Assembly: GCF_018977255.1 (NCBI RefSeq)
Contig: NW_024704743.1
Location: forward strand, 104,534,001 to 104,598,000
Direction of reading: 5' to 3'
Length of the DNA stretch: 64,000 bases
Source of the DNA: Callorhinchus milii
Lineage: Eukaryota
The notes beneath the pieces were generated by a model, which searched no databases, was not told where the DNA came from, and worked only from the letters and a program-made list of their open reading frames with translations. How positions within the stretch are numbered: position 1 is the first letter of the stretch; each line of letters opens with the position of its first letter. Made by a program: the position numbers and the translations under genes. This document shows, in pieces, positions 25,694-39,877 of this stretch.

Positions 25694-26026
25694 ATATTTG
25701 CATGAGTAGTGAAAGCACAGTTCATGGTTTCTAATCCCTGTACTCCTACACATTAGATTGGCAGCCCAGCAGACAAAAACACAGGAGGTGTGAAATCCAT
25801 CTGGTTTTAGTCTGTGGGACTATCTGATCTAAAATTCATACAGAATTGTGGAAAATTCTTCAATTCAATCTTAATCTGAAGTTAATTACTTTTTAAAAAC
25901 TGGAGAATACCAACTTCCAAATATACACTAAATTTACAATTTTTCCACAATTCTATTTGAACCTAGATTTTAGAGCAAAATGGTCTTTTTTCAGCCAGCT
26001 GCAGAAAAATATTACCAAGTTTAAGA

Positions 26027-26343
26027 GGAGTCCTGTAGCTCAGGGGTTAGAGCACTCGCTTTGCAAGTGAGGGACCTGAGTTCAATTCCAGGCAGGGCGA
26101 AACATTGGGCAAGTTTCCTACTCCACATGCCTAATAATAATCCCTCCAAAACCCAAAACAATAATAAATTGGTCATTTTCAATCTACGACTGTTTGTGGG
26201 ACATTGCTGTGTGCAATTGGCTGCCATGTTCGCCCACAAATATACAGTCAATTCACTTTACAGTGTGTTCTGTGAAGCGCTTTGGGACATCCTCCCGACG
26301 TGAAAAGCGCTATATCAAATGCAAGTATTATTATTATTATTAC
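26027..26343 (+). mobile_element. tRNA-derived SINE, short form
   Basis: Near-identical to the 25368 copy. Confidence 0.95.
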
Positions 26344-27004
26344 CCAAAAACGGACTAAGAGTTCCACATATGGATGCCACCTATCCCTGGAAATCTCGGT
26401 TTCTAGAATGGAATTCAAACTCTCTCCCTGGAGGGACACACCATGCTTACCTAATTCCAGACAGTTTTATGCACAGCGAAGGCTTGAGAACGCAAGTGTG
26501 CATCGGGATACTACTGGAGCTAAAACCGCATAGACATTTGACAGCATTATCTGGCAAACTTACTGCTGTTTGGCCAACAAGGACCATCTTACCCTACAAA
26601 TCCTGCCAATGACCAAGCCGATTGGTCTGTCATCAGCAATGCCCTGGATCAGGAACAGAACTACCAAGGCAGCCAATGTGAGGTGCTTTCATTCTGAATT
26701 CTATTGCCAAGCATATAACCTTGCTGCTAGCTCAGCTCTAAAGTGGCTGCATACTTACTCTTTTCACCGAAGGAGGACAGTCAAAATAGTCGTACAACAA
26801 CTTGCATTTATATAACATCATTCACGCAGAATAGTGTCTCAGAAATGCTAAAGCTACAGGCAAAAATTAGGTGGAATTTCAGGTCTTAGAAAGATATGGG
26901 CCATGGGGTGCTGGCTAAACCTACAGGAGTGCAAAGATTGTGATTTCTCTTGAATCTACCAATAAGGGCACAGATTGCTCAGGTAAATGAATAATCATAA
27001 CACT

Positions 27005-27197
27005 GGGGCTAATAATCCCTCAAGAGAATAAATAAATAAAATGATAATTTGGTCGCTCAATCCACAACTGTTTGTGGGACATTTCGCCCACAAATATACA
27101 ATCAATTCACTTTACAATATATTCTGTAAAGCACTTTGAGACATCCAGAAGACGTGAAAAGCGCTATAATCAAATGCAAGGATTGTTATTATTATTA
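27005..27197 (+). mobile_element. SINE 3' fragment
   Basis: aataatccct...gtttgtgggaca...gaagacgtgaaaagcgcta. Confidence 0.85.
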
Positions 27198-28219
27198 AAT
27201 TGGTATCAGATATTGCTTGTCCTAATTAGCATAAGGAATGCATCGTGGAATATCACAAATTGTATTCCAATATAATTTTTTCTTAAAAATATAACTGAAA
27301 CATCATGTGATATCTCATTTAATCTCTCCCCCACCTCCCCCTAACTCATCACTTCATCCCATGTCTCTCCTACCTCGCATCTATTTAATTTGTGGTGTCT
27401 TGGGACAACCTTTACATATTTCAATTCCAGGTCAAGTTTTTTTTCAAAGCCTAAATTTACACAATATGTGTATTATATGTTATAAACTGTCAAGCTGGCC
27501 TGAGTCATGTGAAAGAAACAATGAGGGTTCTTCCATGTATTAAGATCACTGAGACGGCATCAGACTCTATTCAGCAAACACAAAGCTGATGTCAAATTGC
27601 TTCCCTATGAAAGCAGCTGCAATCTCTCACCTTTCCATCTTGTCTGTGGAAGTGTTTTTCTAAGTGCTGCAAAACAACATGAGCGCTTCCACTGCTTGAG
27701 CATCCTTCCAAACAGAGCCTCTTGCATGGAAATAGGCTATTCGGCTCAAGCTTTTCACCTTGACCTCATTACTGCTGGAATTGACTTGCTCTCAAAGTGT
27801 TCGCAGCTGCCTCTTTCAAACCTCAGCACATTTTGCATCTCTGTCCCAGGCATTTCATGCTTAAATCTCATTTATCTATTGTGCCTTCACTGCCATGGGC
27901 TAATCTTGTGAACCACATTGTCATTGTGCTTGGCATTGCATATCCTGTGGGGATTAAAGCTTCCACATCAGTTTGATTGTCTGTGTGTTTTTCTTATTTT
28001 ATTCTACATTTCATTAATTCTTCATTTATTCTCATTGGATGAAAATAATGCCATTCCTAAGCATTAATTAATTATGAACATTTCTTAATTAAGAAAAGCT
28101 TTATATGCCTGGCCAGAAATTGTAGTTAAAACAGATTCTTAAAACTTGTCCTTGGCAACTAACTGGTTTGGGATTGAAACCCACCACCTGCAACGCCACC
28201 CCCCACAATAAACAGGCCT

Positions 28220-28462
28220 CTTGCAGTCCCTTGTCCCCTTTACATCACCATTGGTAGCCATGCTTTCAGCCCCTAAGCCCTGAGACCCCAGAACTCTCTG
28301 CCTCAATCACTCCACCTTGCCCCTTCTTGAAACATCACAGATCACACCAAAGACCTTCCTCTTAGACCGTACCTATAGTCACCAATCTGCTCTCTCCCAG
28401 CTCCGCCACTGTTAAGCATTCCGGACAATACTCTGTGCGAGAGTTAAATAATGCAAGTTGTT
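28220..28462 (+). mobile_element. L2 (type B) 3' fragment, old
   Basis: ccattggtagccatgctttcagc...gctccgccactgttaagc...atgcaagttgtt. Confidence 0.75.
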
Positions 28463-31400
28463 CTGGAGAATAGTTTATTCCCTGTTTCACAGATTCAGCA
28501 TCAACTGACTCCATTTCAGACTCTTTTTACATTTTTTGTGGTGTTGAAACTCTAGCTAAGTATTATTTCAGGGTCTTGCTTGTCACTTGCTAAATAAAAT
28601 AAACATTCCGTCGATATTGAATCTGTAAGACCCCTGGGTAAAAAACGTTCTTCAGAGGTCGGGGGTTGGAGGGGGCTGCGAGAAAGGTTGATTATTTCCA
28701 AATTTGTCATTCAGGGCATTTTTGTCCAGCCAATCAACTGTTACTGTCAGTATAAGCTTCTGTCATTGAGTTCCACATTTCACAACCCTCTGCTTGAAGA
28801 AGTTCCTCCTGAGCTCCTTAATTAAGGAGCAATAATAATTAAGAAACGGAATGTGTTTGGGAATACAATTATTGCCCCCACACATTGCAATTGTCAAGAT
28901 GATATATTTTCCTCTTTGTTCTTCTGTGCACACAAGATCTCCACTGCTTCTGAAAAGCACTCTTCTGTCAGAACTTCCTTATACTTGATTATTGGTGAAT
29001 GTACCATCCTCTGGGATGAAGAGCGAAAATAATATAATAAAATTATGTTGTAATGTATAACAAAATTAAATTTAATAGGCACATGAAATAGTTAGCCCAA
29101 TAAACAGAATAAATTGTTAATGTATGGGGGGTGGGGGGGTGGGATGGTGAATAATTCCTTCTTGACACCCATACTCTAGTTAGACACTAATCCATCTGGG
29201 GTTGGCTGGGACTTTTCTCAAGTCAAAGCTGTCATCAATAACTTTCAGGGGATTGGGCCAAAGTGGCCTTTTATAAGTGTACCCTCTGAGTAAGGGTTTA
29301 TTTGTGTGTGAAGGCACACTGAATGGGCTATTCCAGGGTGTTTGTTAATAGGGGCTGGTTGCTGAATGGAGGTGGTTGCCTGAACTGGTTTAACTGTATT
29401 TTGGAATCTGACAAAAATATACAGCTACAATATATGAATCCCACATTGTTGTATTTGACATTGGTTCATATCCTCTTTCACTTATTAATTTGGCTATAAG
29501 CTCTTTGAGATGTTTATTGTATGTTTATTGTATGTGAAAGACACAAGTGGGAATTGTTGTTGCATCTACTGTGAAACAAACAGATAATGCTTGCAACTTT
29601 CATCTATGCAGAACTAAAGACCGTTGATCTTAAATAATCTAGGGGTGGGAGTTTCCCCTCATTCTAAATCAATTGAAAAGAATAACAGTCACTTGAACTG
29701 TCAATCATGATAATGCATATGTAATGGATGGTTGTTTATCACCTACAAGGATCAATTAGAAATAATGTGAAGCAGTCAAACTGAACGGGAAGCCGAACAC
29801 TTGATTGTGTGAGAATGCTAAAATATTGGCGAGCTGCTAATAATAATCATTTAGGACCAGTTGTTAGGCTGTCATAAAATTAATTGTGCAAGTAAAAAAA
29901 ATTCCTGTTCTAAGTAGGAAAATAGATTTATAACTTGAAAGTTTAATACATATCTGAAATTGCAATTTTGAATCCTTCCTGTTCCCATTAAATTACATAG
30001 GGGTCACAATTGCAGTACTCCAAAACCCATTCCCTTCCTGAATTATCACCGGATATAACTATGGGACACTTTATCAAGTGGAAACTGCTCTTATTGACTG
30101 CACACTCCCATGACATCAGAAGAATGGCTTCTCTCTCTAGCTTCTTACAGTCACTTTAGCAAGGAATGTGTTTTGATTCCCAGATGCTAGAAGAGATTTT
30201 TAACTTTAAATTGTTATTTCCATTTCTTTTACATGGTCTCTGCGAATTGTGTGCTCTTCACAGTCTGTTACGCTTCTCGACACCTTCTTTGCTCACAAAC
30301 TCTGGTTTGTTGTGTATTCCCACAGAATGTCTTAAATAACTTTGTTGACCTTGTCTAATTAGAACCCTATTTGGCTGCCTCCATTTATTTCATTGCAACC
30401 ATGAATGTCTGTTATCTCTCCCTATCTTTTATACATCATCTTGGCAGTAAAAAACAAGAAAAATCATCCTATGTTGACGTCTTTCTTTGAGCGTGAATAA
30501 TTTTTATTCATCTCAAATTCTTTTGTTTGTTGACAGCTTAGGGGATTTTTGCTGCACTTGTAATAATTGCACTTCAAGGGCATCATGGTAGAGAAGTTTA
30601 GAGGGATTACAACAGAGCAAATGATTTTGATTTTTTATACACATCTATATCCGAGTGTCATACCCTCCAGCTGAATCTTAACAATTATACAGTGACCTCG
30701 ATTTAGCAATGACTGTATGTCTGCATTGCCCATGCTGCTTATGTTGGATTTGATATTAAGAATTCTTCAGAAAGCTTGTCCTGTGTAATATAACGTGTGA
30801 GCGTTCCTGCCAGACAAAACCATTGCTTCACTGTTATTAACATACCTCGTGATCTTTATTGTGTTAATGTTTACTGCACAGTAGTTATTTTACTGGAGAA
30901 GTCGACCAATGCTTTATATTAAATTGTGTGCTTTTTCCTATTCTGATACATTTGAAGTGCAGCTGAAGTGCATCTGAAGTGCAGTTATTGATATTTAGAA
31001 TGAGAGACCTTCAATTATCTTGTAAAATATGTTGTGGTTAGCCATGTAAGCTGTACTTAATCATATTTACAAGCGACATCTGCATACTTTATAGAAAATG
31101 TTAGGCAATATAAACAATCCTTGTCCAATCTATATTGATTGAAACAGCAATTGCATAACTCCCTACAGTAGTCAATGACAAGCTTCCCAAAGTCACAAAG
31201 ATGTTATGGTTGAAATTTATGACAAACTCAACGTGTTCAATTTTACATCATTGATTTCTTACCAGTCATTTAGTATTGGGTATTTGAGAGTTATAATTGA
31301 TGATGGGCTAGAGATTTGTCCTACACTGAAGGAACAATTTTTCATTCAAGTGAAATGTTGCGATTGATGTGACTAAGGGTGCTCCCAGGAGAATGTTCGA

Positions 31401-31900
31401 AATCAGGTTGATGAGCACTGAGTTGTCTGAAATAAGAGGTGACTCAGGGAAACAACATTGAAAACATTGCTGCTATTCACAGGAGATGGCTCAAAACTGG
31501 CAGATTAAAATTGAATTATTCAGGAATACAGATTTACTCAAATGCTCAGGAGTGATGCCAGTGCAAATTACTGAGGCCGTGCATTCCCTGATTAAAAGTA
31601 CACTGTCTTCATAAAGAAGGATTTGGCAACATTTTTGTGCGGGGAAAAGCAAGGATTGTGTGTAATTTTTGACATGGCTTTGAGCGGAGGTGAAGTAGAG
31701 GCATAATTAAATCTCGTTCCATATTATTATATTATGCGTTATAAACAAACCGAAAAAGAATTCACCAAAGGCTTTTGCATACATCCAGAGCTCGGTTAAA
31801 AACATATTGAAGGAAGAAAAGAAACCTACAAATTAAAAAGGCAATTTGTCATATAATATAGTGCAGATTAGTTTTTGATCGATAATGCTAATTTTAAAGG

Positions 31901-32218
31901 TAATAATAATAATCCTTGCATTTGATATAGCGCTTTTCATGTCTTCTCGACGTCTCAAAGCGCTTCACAGAATAGACTGTAAAGTGAATTGACCATATAT
32001 TTGTGGGAAAAACGCGGCAGTCAATTGCACACAGCAGTGTCCCACAAACAGTCGTGGATTGAAAATGACCAATTTTATTATTGCTTTTGTTTTTTGGAGG
32101 GATTATTATTAGGCGTGTGGAGTAAGGAGACTTGCCCAAGGTTTCGCCCTGCCTGGAATTGAACCCAGGTGTCTCGCTTGCAAGGCGAGTGCTCTAACCA
32201 CTGAGCTACAGGACTCCA
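31901..32218 (-). mobile_element. tRNA-derived SINE, short form, full length
   Basis: Reverse complement matches the 21725 and 37053 copies. Confidence 0.95.
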
Positions 32219-33919
32219 GATGTGTTAACAACAGTGACCTCTATTAGAAGAGTTAATGTTTCAATTTTAAGGTTAGTTTTTTTAATCTTTAATTTAAAAT
32301 CGTAGCATATTCAGAGTCTGATATATCAACAAATGTATATTTTTTAGACTGGAAGAAATATTGAAGAAACTGTAAAGATATACTTTATTGGGATAGCACT
32401 AGTCTTCTGATTAAAGATAACTTTCTTTGCAGCTTGCTGGTAACAGCTGGTCGGTTCAGATATTTAACTGAGAATAATTCACCCATTGTTGGAAAACAAA
32501 GTTGCTTGATATAGCACAAAAAACGAATACAGCTGGGTGGCAGATAAGAATGAAAAGTAATTAGCCCCAAATAATTTTAATCCATTGAAAGTTTAACACA
32601 TTTGAAAAATAAAGACTTTTGTTATAGGAATTTATAATTATTAGATTATATCTGATATAAAAGAGCTGGAGATCATGGCCATTATAATGTAATAAAATAT
32701 TAATGTGATAATTCTGAGAAGGGAACAGAGGGGTATGGGAGAGGAAATTAGGAGGGGGGCTATGAAGGCTGCAAGCTTCCTGGTAGGTAACACAGCTCGG
32801 CATGAAGTGTATCAGAGCATTGCCACCATCTTACTGCATGAAGCGAGGCAGAATTAGTGGAGCTGAGGAAATGACCAGAGGAGTGCAGTCACAGGATATC
32901 ACAGAGATTGAAACCTCATCCTTCTAAATTACATTTTACAGACATATATCATAATTATGTGGGTTTATAAAAAGTAATATCAAATCACATTGCATTGTGG
33001 ATTATGGAACAGATTATTTACTACAAATTACCTTATAATAACTTTTAAATAAAGTATTCTGAATTTCAAGATTGATTAGAATATTAAAATCAATCAGCCC
33101 AAATATCCCATAAAATTAAGTTTCTTTCACTTCAGTGAAGATATTTTCAGTATATTTTTTTCATAGCTATTCAGCAGGAGTGACAGTAACTAATACTCTG
33201 GCTGTATGCAAATAATATAAGAATATTTGAACCTGAAAAGGTTATTAAACCCGTCAGGGTATTCAACCATTTAAGTATTGCAGCTAAGCCCAATTCTATC
33301 CTTACTTGACCCACAAATAATTTCTATGGTGGGGGTGGGGGAGTATTCAGTAGGAGTATGAAGCACAATTCTGGCTGATGTCCTCTCCCTCCTAGATCAA
33401 GAGCACTGCAACACTTTAGCCCATTGACACCAGCAAAGACAGGCTAATTCAGTAATAATAATAATAATAATAATACAGACCAGTGCGCTGAAATTCAGGT
33501 CAGCAGTCTGCGGGGAACAACATTAAAGAGGCCTGCCTTTAATGGGATTTCCCTGCTAAAAGTTTAAAACCAACGTAACGTGTTCCTGATCCAAAACTTT
33601 CTTAGTTTTGCTCTTTGAAGTTCATGGCACAATTTCCACTTCAAAATCAAATGGTACAAGTTGAGAATTTTGAAAATGGTAAGGATGAGAAACATTGCGG
33701 TCTGTCTAATTTGCAAGCTGAAGTTAAGAAGCTATTTACAAAAAAAAGTATGGGGTTGTGTTAACCATATGCATATGTACAAAGAGAATTATAGGTGCGA
33801 TTAGTTATGTAACTAAAACCAATGGAAGGGATGACAGTCAGCCTGGACCTTGGCTAGGTCTACAGATTTTGGTCTAGTTGATCTTATGAATTCCACAAAG
33901 TTCTTGTTCAAGGCTACTG

Positions 33920-34080
33920 GGTTGCAAGTATCACCTTAGATAGTAAACAATATTCACACCTCTGGATTATTGAGCTCATAATCCAAGCTGATGCTCTGGT
34001 GAGGTATTTGTAGTGCACTACATTGTCAAGAGATATTATCCTTCAGATGAGGTGTTGGGCCTTATCTGCTGGTTCAGCCT
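33920..34080 (+). mobile_element. Deu-domain SINE fragment
   Basis: gagctcataatccaagctga...cattgtcaagag...cttcagatgaggtgtt. Confidence 0.6.
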
Positions 34081-34231
34081 AATACTCTCCAAGTAAGCAA
34101 GATGTGTCCCTCCAGTGTGAAGAGTGCGCATTCCATTCCGCATATCAGAGACCCTTTTTACTTCTCTTCTTACTCAATCCACCCTTTTCTTAATGGCTCT
34201 TGCACCACGTTTAGCAACTTTCTAATAACCT

Positions 34232-34299
34232 AATGGCCTCAGTGCATGCAAACATAACTCCTCTCAATGGCCTCAGTGCATGCAAACATAACTCCTCTC
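34232..34299. repeat. Perfect 34-bp tandem duplication
   Basis: aatggcctcagtgcatgcaaacataactcctctc x2. Confidence 0.95.
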
Positions 34300-36189
34300 A
34301 GGTGTGCTTAAAAACTCTACTTCCTCCATGCCATTCAATAATAATAACCCCTACAATTGGTAAAACATCTTTGATGTCAGGAGAATGTGCCAAAGCACTT
34401 CATAAGATAAACTATAAAGTGTTTTTGGGTGTGAACAACAATTCAAAGGCACAACAAAAAACTTATTGCTTGCTTTTCAAAGGCATCTTTTCCATATTTG
34501 TTACAAAAGTAAGATCTGTCATGTCTTAGCTTTGAGGCTCTACTCTTGTTCCTGTTCACCTATTAGCATTCAGAGACTCAGTATCTCCTCCGACCTCAAA
34601 TAGAAGCCTCAGGTTTCCTTCATTGCTAAAAAATGATGCACAAATCTTGTTTTTCTCTTTCATGTCAAACATTTATTTTGCCTTCAGCAATTCCACATAA
34701 AGCGCTTCACAGGATATACTATAAAGTGGAGTGTTTTTGTGTGTGAATGCTAATTCAATGGCACAACAGAAAACTTACTTTCTTGCTTTTCAAAGGCATA
34801 TGGGAATTATCCTGAATGTCTGTCTATTGCTTGTGAGAAAACAGTTCTTCCAATTTCTAGTTTCATTGGGTGAAACGTCACTGGCTCTGAATATTGCAAT
34901 ATTTAATCTCCTTTCTAACTTTTAGGTCTGTTCCATTTTTCTTTCCCTTCACATTTTTTTCTTCTGCAGTGAATGCACTGTACTGACTAATGCTTTCTAC
35001 ATGTCTTTCGCCCAGGGACATTAAAAAATTACTGGCACAAATGGAACAGACTCTATGTTTACAGTACTTGATTTAAATTAGCCAGTGCCTAGCCTAACCT
35101 GAAAAGGAGTCTGGTATGATCAGTACATAAATTCATGTTCAAGCTGTGCTGGAAACATTACTTCTTAGCCTGCAGTTTAATAGGATTGAAGGAACGGTTC
35201 AAGAGCATTCTGTTCTTGTGTCACATCACATCTTTCAGCGTTTGCTAATTGTTTTCTAAATAGCGAGAACAGCAAGGAGGCATGATGGGAATATGTGACA
35301 ATTAGGAATCTGTTTCCAGGGTAATAATCACATTCGATTAAAATTTTCAATGCATACCTGCTGCAGGCATGCTGGCTTCTTCTGCATCCCACCCCTTCCC
35401 CCAAGATACAAGGTTTTTTTTTAGCAAAGCTACAGGTAAATCAACACAATTCAGTGCCTCCACTCTGCCTACAGCGCCAGCCTCTTCCCAATTTGTTAAG
35501 CTCAATGCATGCCGAACACCACCATATATGGTAGCAATCTTATATCTAGGCTGAACTCCACTCCATCCAGAGTGCATTTCAATGAATTCAAAAGAGCTGC
35601 TATTCAAAAGTTCTGCATTGGAAGAATCTCAATGGCTCCGACAGGCTGAAATGGTGATCACCTTGAATAAGTAGATGACACCAGATTATTATTTCAGATC
35701 CCTGCAGCCTTTCTGTGTTATTTTGGCAGGTCCTTAAAATTTATCACCGCATTTCTCGTGTTGTCTACTGAGAAGCATCAGTGCACTGCAGAGAATTGCT
35801 ACACTAAAATCAGTGTTGGTGTCAGTAATACTTCTAAAACACCACTTTAAGGGACCTTTACAGAACATGTGATATATTATGATGCGTGAAGTAGCTTATT
35901 GCTGTAGGTCTACTGCATGCATTGTTTTTCATGTTGCATCAATATTCCAAATGCAAAAATATAAAAGAATGTACGTGGAGAAAACAGAGAAGTGAGATCA
36001 AATGATTAACTTATAGAAAGCCAGCACAGGCCTAATGGCTAAATGGACTTTGTCTGCACTGAATCTTCCTGTGATTCTAAGAACACAAGATATAACAACA
36101 ATTTACCCTCCTTGGGACGTCCTCCCATCATGAAAAACCCTATACAAATATAATTTTGTTTTTGTTATAAGGCGCTGTACAAATGTCAT

Positions 36190-36680
36190 TTTGTTGTTGT
36201 TGGTGTACAATACCTTTCATGAAGAATGAATGTCTCAAAGCACTTCATAGAGCAATGGCGATTACTGATCAGAAAGGAAAAGATACTTGAAGGTGTTGAG
36301 CAAAGATCAAAGAGATATATTTTTGAGAAGATTTTGGAGGCAGGAAGAGAAGGAGCAATGCAAAGGGATTTTGGGAGCTAATTTCAGAGGGCAGGAAAAT
36401 AATGATTGAAGACTCAGTCACCAGTGGTGAGAAGAAGGGAGTGAGGAAACAACTGCAGATCACAGCCAAAAAGGCAGATATGGGTAGGGGAATAGGGCTA
36501 AAGGAGAATGCAACGGCAAGATTTCGAAAGGAATTCAGAATCAGGCCAAGGACCATAAGGTTGATCCATTGGGGTCTAGTGAGGATGGCCATAATACATG
36601 TAGAGAACCCAGTACCCGGAGAGAATGTGAGCTGCAAAGTTTTGGATGAGTTGGAGCTTAGGCAGGTAGCTGGCAAGTAG
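36190..36680 (-). mobile_element. Old L2-related 3' fragment
   Basis: Purine-rich plus strand; reverse complement resembles the L2 C-terminal region (ctcatccaaaactttgcagct). Confidence 0.6.
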
Positions 36681-37052
36681 AGAAGATATAATAATACTGC
36701 TAAGAATAATATTTTTTGCATTTGATATAGTGCCTTGTGACTTTGTTGAGATGTTGGAAAACGTTTCACAGCAATTACTATAAGTTTAATGACCGTGTAT
36801 TTTGCAAGCAAGCACAGCAGGCAATTCATAAAATGAATGATCATTTGTAATTAGTCAAATATAGGGTAAAAATGTACAGCATCATAGAATTCTTTCAAAT
36901 GTTCAGTGTTTTACATCAAGTGTGTGTTTTGCACACACGAGTGATGTGCATTAGAAGCAGTATAACGACAGCTAATCTGATACCACTGAACAGACAAAAC
37001 TGTGGTATAACTCCAATTCACCTGACAGGAACATAGGATACATGGCCGGATA

Positions 37053-37394
37053 AGTCCTGTAGCTCAGTGGTTAGAGCACTCGCCTTGCAAGCGAGACACC
37101 TGGGTTCAATTCCAGGCAGGGCGAAACCTTGGAGAAGTTTCCTTACTCCACACGCCTAATAATAATCCCTCCAAAAAACAAAAACAATAATAAAATTGGT
37201 CATTTTCAATCCACGACTGCTTGTGGGACACTGCTGTGCGCAATTGGCTGCCACGTTCGCCCACAAATATACGGTCAATTCACTTTACAGTCTATTCTGT
37301 GAAGCGCTTTGAGACGTCGAGAAGATGTGAAAAGTGCTATATCAAATGCAAGGATTATTATTACTATTATTATTATTATTATTATATTATTATT
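37053..37394 (+). mobile_element. tRNA-derived SINE, short form
   Basis: A/B boxes, gagacgtcgagaagatgtg tail variant, long (ATT)n. Confidence 0.95.
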
Positions 37395-39877
37395 GTGGTT
37401 AGCATATTTACTGGTATTGTGGTTCACAGCCTTTACTAAATAGGTAAAAGCAGATGGTGGAACAGGCTTGAAGGACAGGCCAGCCTCCTACTCTTTGTAT
37501 GACACCACATGGCCATGCTATTGTGTTGCTGCCAACAGAATGAATGCAGCATATGATCCTGACATGATCTGCTAATAGCATCTGCTTCCTTCAGGAAACT
37601 TCTGTTTAATGACATTCATCTCCATCATCGCTGATAACTAATAGTTTAGAAATATTCAGTGAACCAAGATTATTTTTTTACGACTATTTCAATTTGTGTT
37701 ACTTTATTTCTTTTGAGATGATTTTCCTAACAAGCAAATATGGAGGTATCTAGTTTAGAGGTGATGAGCAAGATGAATGTGAAAGTCACACAGATTCTCT
37801 CAGTGATCTTTCTCCTTCTTGCACTGTAAGCAAATGTCTCACATCTGCTCAGTGTCTCTCTTTTATCCAGCAAGATGTTCAACCAACTCAACCATCAAAC
37901 CTCTGGATTGTGTCAAGTTTTCATGACCTTTCTAAATTCTTACTCTCGCAGAACAAAATAGTGATAGTCGTGAGATTTTAATGGCCTTTGCAAATCTGTT
38001 TTGTTTTCTTTCCACAGTGATTAAAATATGGGGTTGGAAGATAAATGTTAAATGGACATGGAGCGAATTTGTGTCGTATATATCATGGTTTTAAATGGAG
38101 TTTGATCAAGTAGGGTTGAATTATATTTATTCCAATCTTGTCACGGCAAATAAATTAAGAGCTATCCAGATAGATTTTATTCACTGGAGAGCAATGATAT
38201 TTCACAGTTACCTACATTGGTCTGTCAAATCCAGGTAAAAAAAACATTTGAAATATTAGCTACTCTGTGCAGTGTTCGAATAACATCTCAAGGTTAACCT
38301 GGACTCAACTCAATGGGAATGATTCAACTAATTGTAAATTCTCAGCCCAAATCATTCATGTGGAAAGAATGTAAAAATATCTTACCAAGGAGTTAAATGA
38401 GACATGGATCAAATCTTGCATGTGTAGGAGCCAGTAATGTAAAATATTCATGTAACCTGTGCACATATCAGCTGACTCTACAAATGCACTTCGTTAAAAG
38501 TAGTACATTTCAAAGTAATTCAACAAAGTTTAAGTGGCCCAAAAAAATGTAATGCTGCTGTAACTGGCAGAGAGAAAGTGAGGAGAGAAATGAATGGCTG
38601 TTATACAGCATGCATTGTAAATGCCTTCCTTCCATTGTTCATCTAACTTATCCAATCTGTTGCCAAATTCAAGTCTGTATCACAGCAAGGATACAAAAAC
38701 AAATGCATAACTAAACTAATGCATGATTAAAAAGACATGGGAAGTTGGTTATTTACTTCATTTGCAGAATAAGCTACCACCTAGTGTACTCTACAGCCAT
38801 TAACACAATCCTGCACCCAGGATTAATTGAACATACGCAGGCCTGTCTTTTCAGGTTTCACTTCATTGTGTGCTTACACATGGTGGTAAGACATTGTTCA
38901 GTAGACATACTACCTCCTTGTTCCAGAGGCAGAAAATTGTTCAGTGTAGCACGCACACACATCCTCGAGTCCAAACCCTGACTGGCATATGACACTGTTA
39001 CATCCCATGAATGGTGCGGTGGCAGAGCTGTAGAACTTAGTTCTACATTCATTTGGAAGCTAACCATGGCAAAGCTCACAAGCTTTCAATACAGTCTTCA
39101 CAAATACGCTTTGGACATAAAGTTCAGACCCACATCAGATCTTCCTTTTCTATCCAGAGTTCAGGAATGATTGTGGCCACTCAATGTCTGTTAGAATGTT
39201 GCCTTCCTGTTTGCATGGTATTATTTTAGCTGTTTACACCCCACAGGCAGCAGGAACAGTCTCACTGTCTCAATTGGTAGGAATATGAACTGGTTTGCAC
39301 TGTCTCAGTTAAAGGATGTTGTTGTTGTCTGAAGGGGACCTGATTTGTATGAAAAACAATTTTCTGTAAGAATGTGTTTTTGGGAGTGTGAGAGTACGGG
39401 AACAAGGGAATAAAACACTATGTGCTTGAGCAGGCAGGAGAGTTGCACCTTGGAGGGACTTTTAACAAACAAGTGGGTCAGCTTGCTGCACTGCTCAAAC
39501 CGTTAAGTGCAGCATTTTATGTATTACGGCGAGTACTTAATTTAAGGCTTTTCAGTGTTGTCAAATTATATGCTTGTGTCCATTAAATATTTTACATTTA
39601 TTTCAAGAAGTGCGTATTTAAAATTTGTTAATATAAATGGGATACTGGTTTTGTCCTCCCGAGTCGAAAAGCTCTGACTCTAATCATTGGGGCATTGGGT
39701 ATAAAATACCAAGCTCCGTGACACAGTAAATCTTTGAGAAGCGATTTGAGATGTGCTCTCAACTTGAAAGACACTATATGAATTGCAAGGATTATTATTA
39801 CTATTAATCCCTTTCCCAAACCAGGAGGCAATGAAGCCAATTGTAGTGCCAGAAAAATGTCTTTATTATGGTTTGTT

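Noticed and set aside
28570..28636. Short inverted repeat cagggtcttgc...gtaagacccctg as a MITE
   Set aside because: Imperfect 11-12 bp match with no target-site duplication; could be chance
30952..30985. tgaagtgca(g/t)c x3 as a regulatory array
   Set aside because: Short slippage-type repeat with no further support
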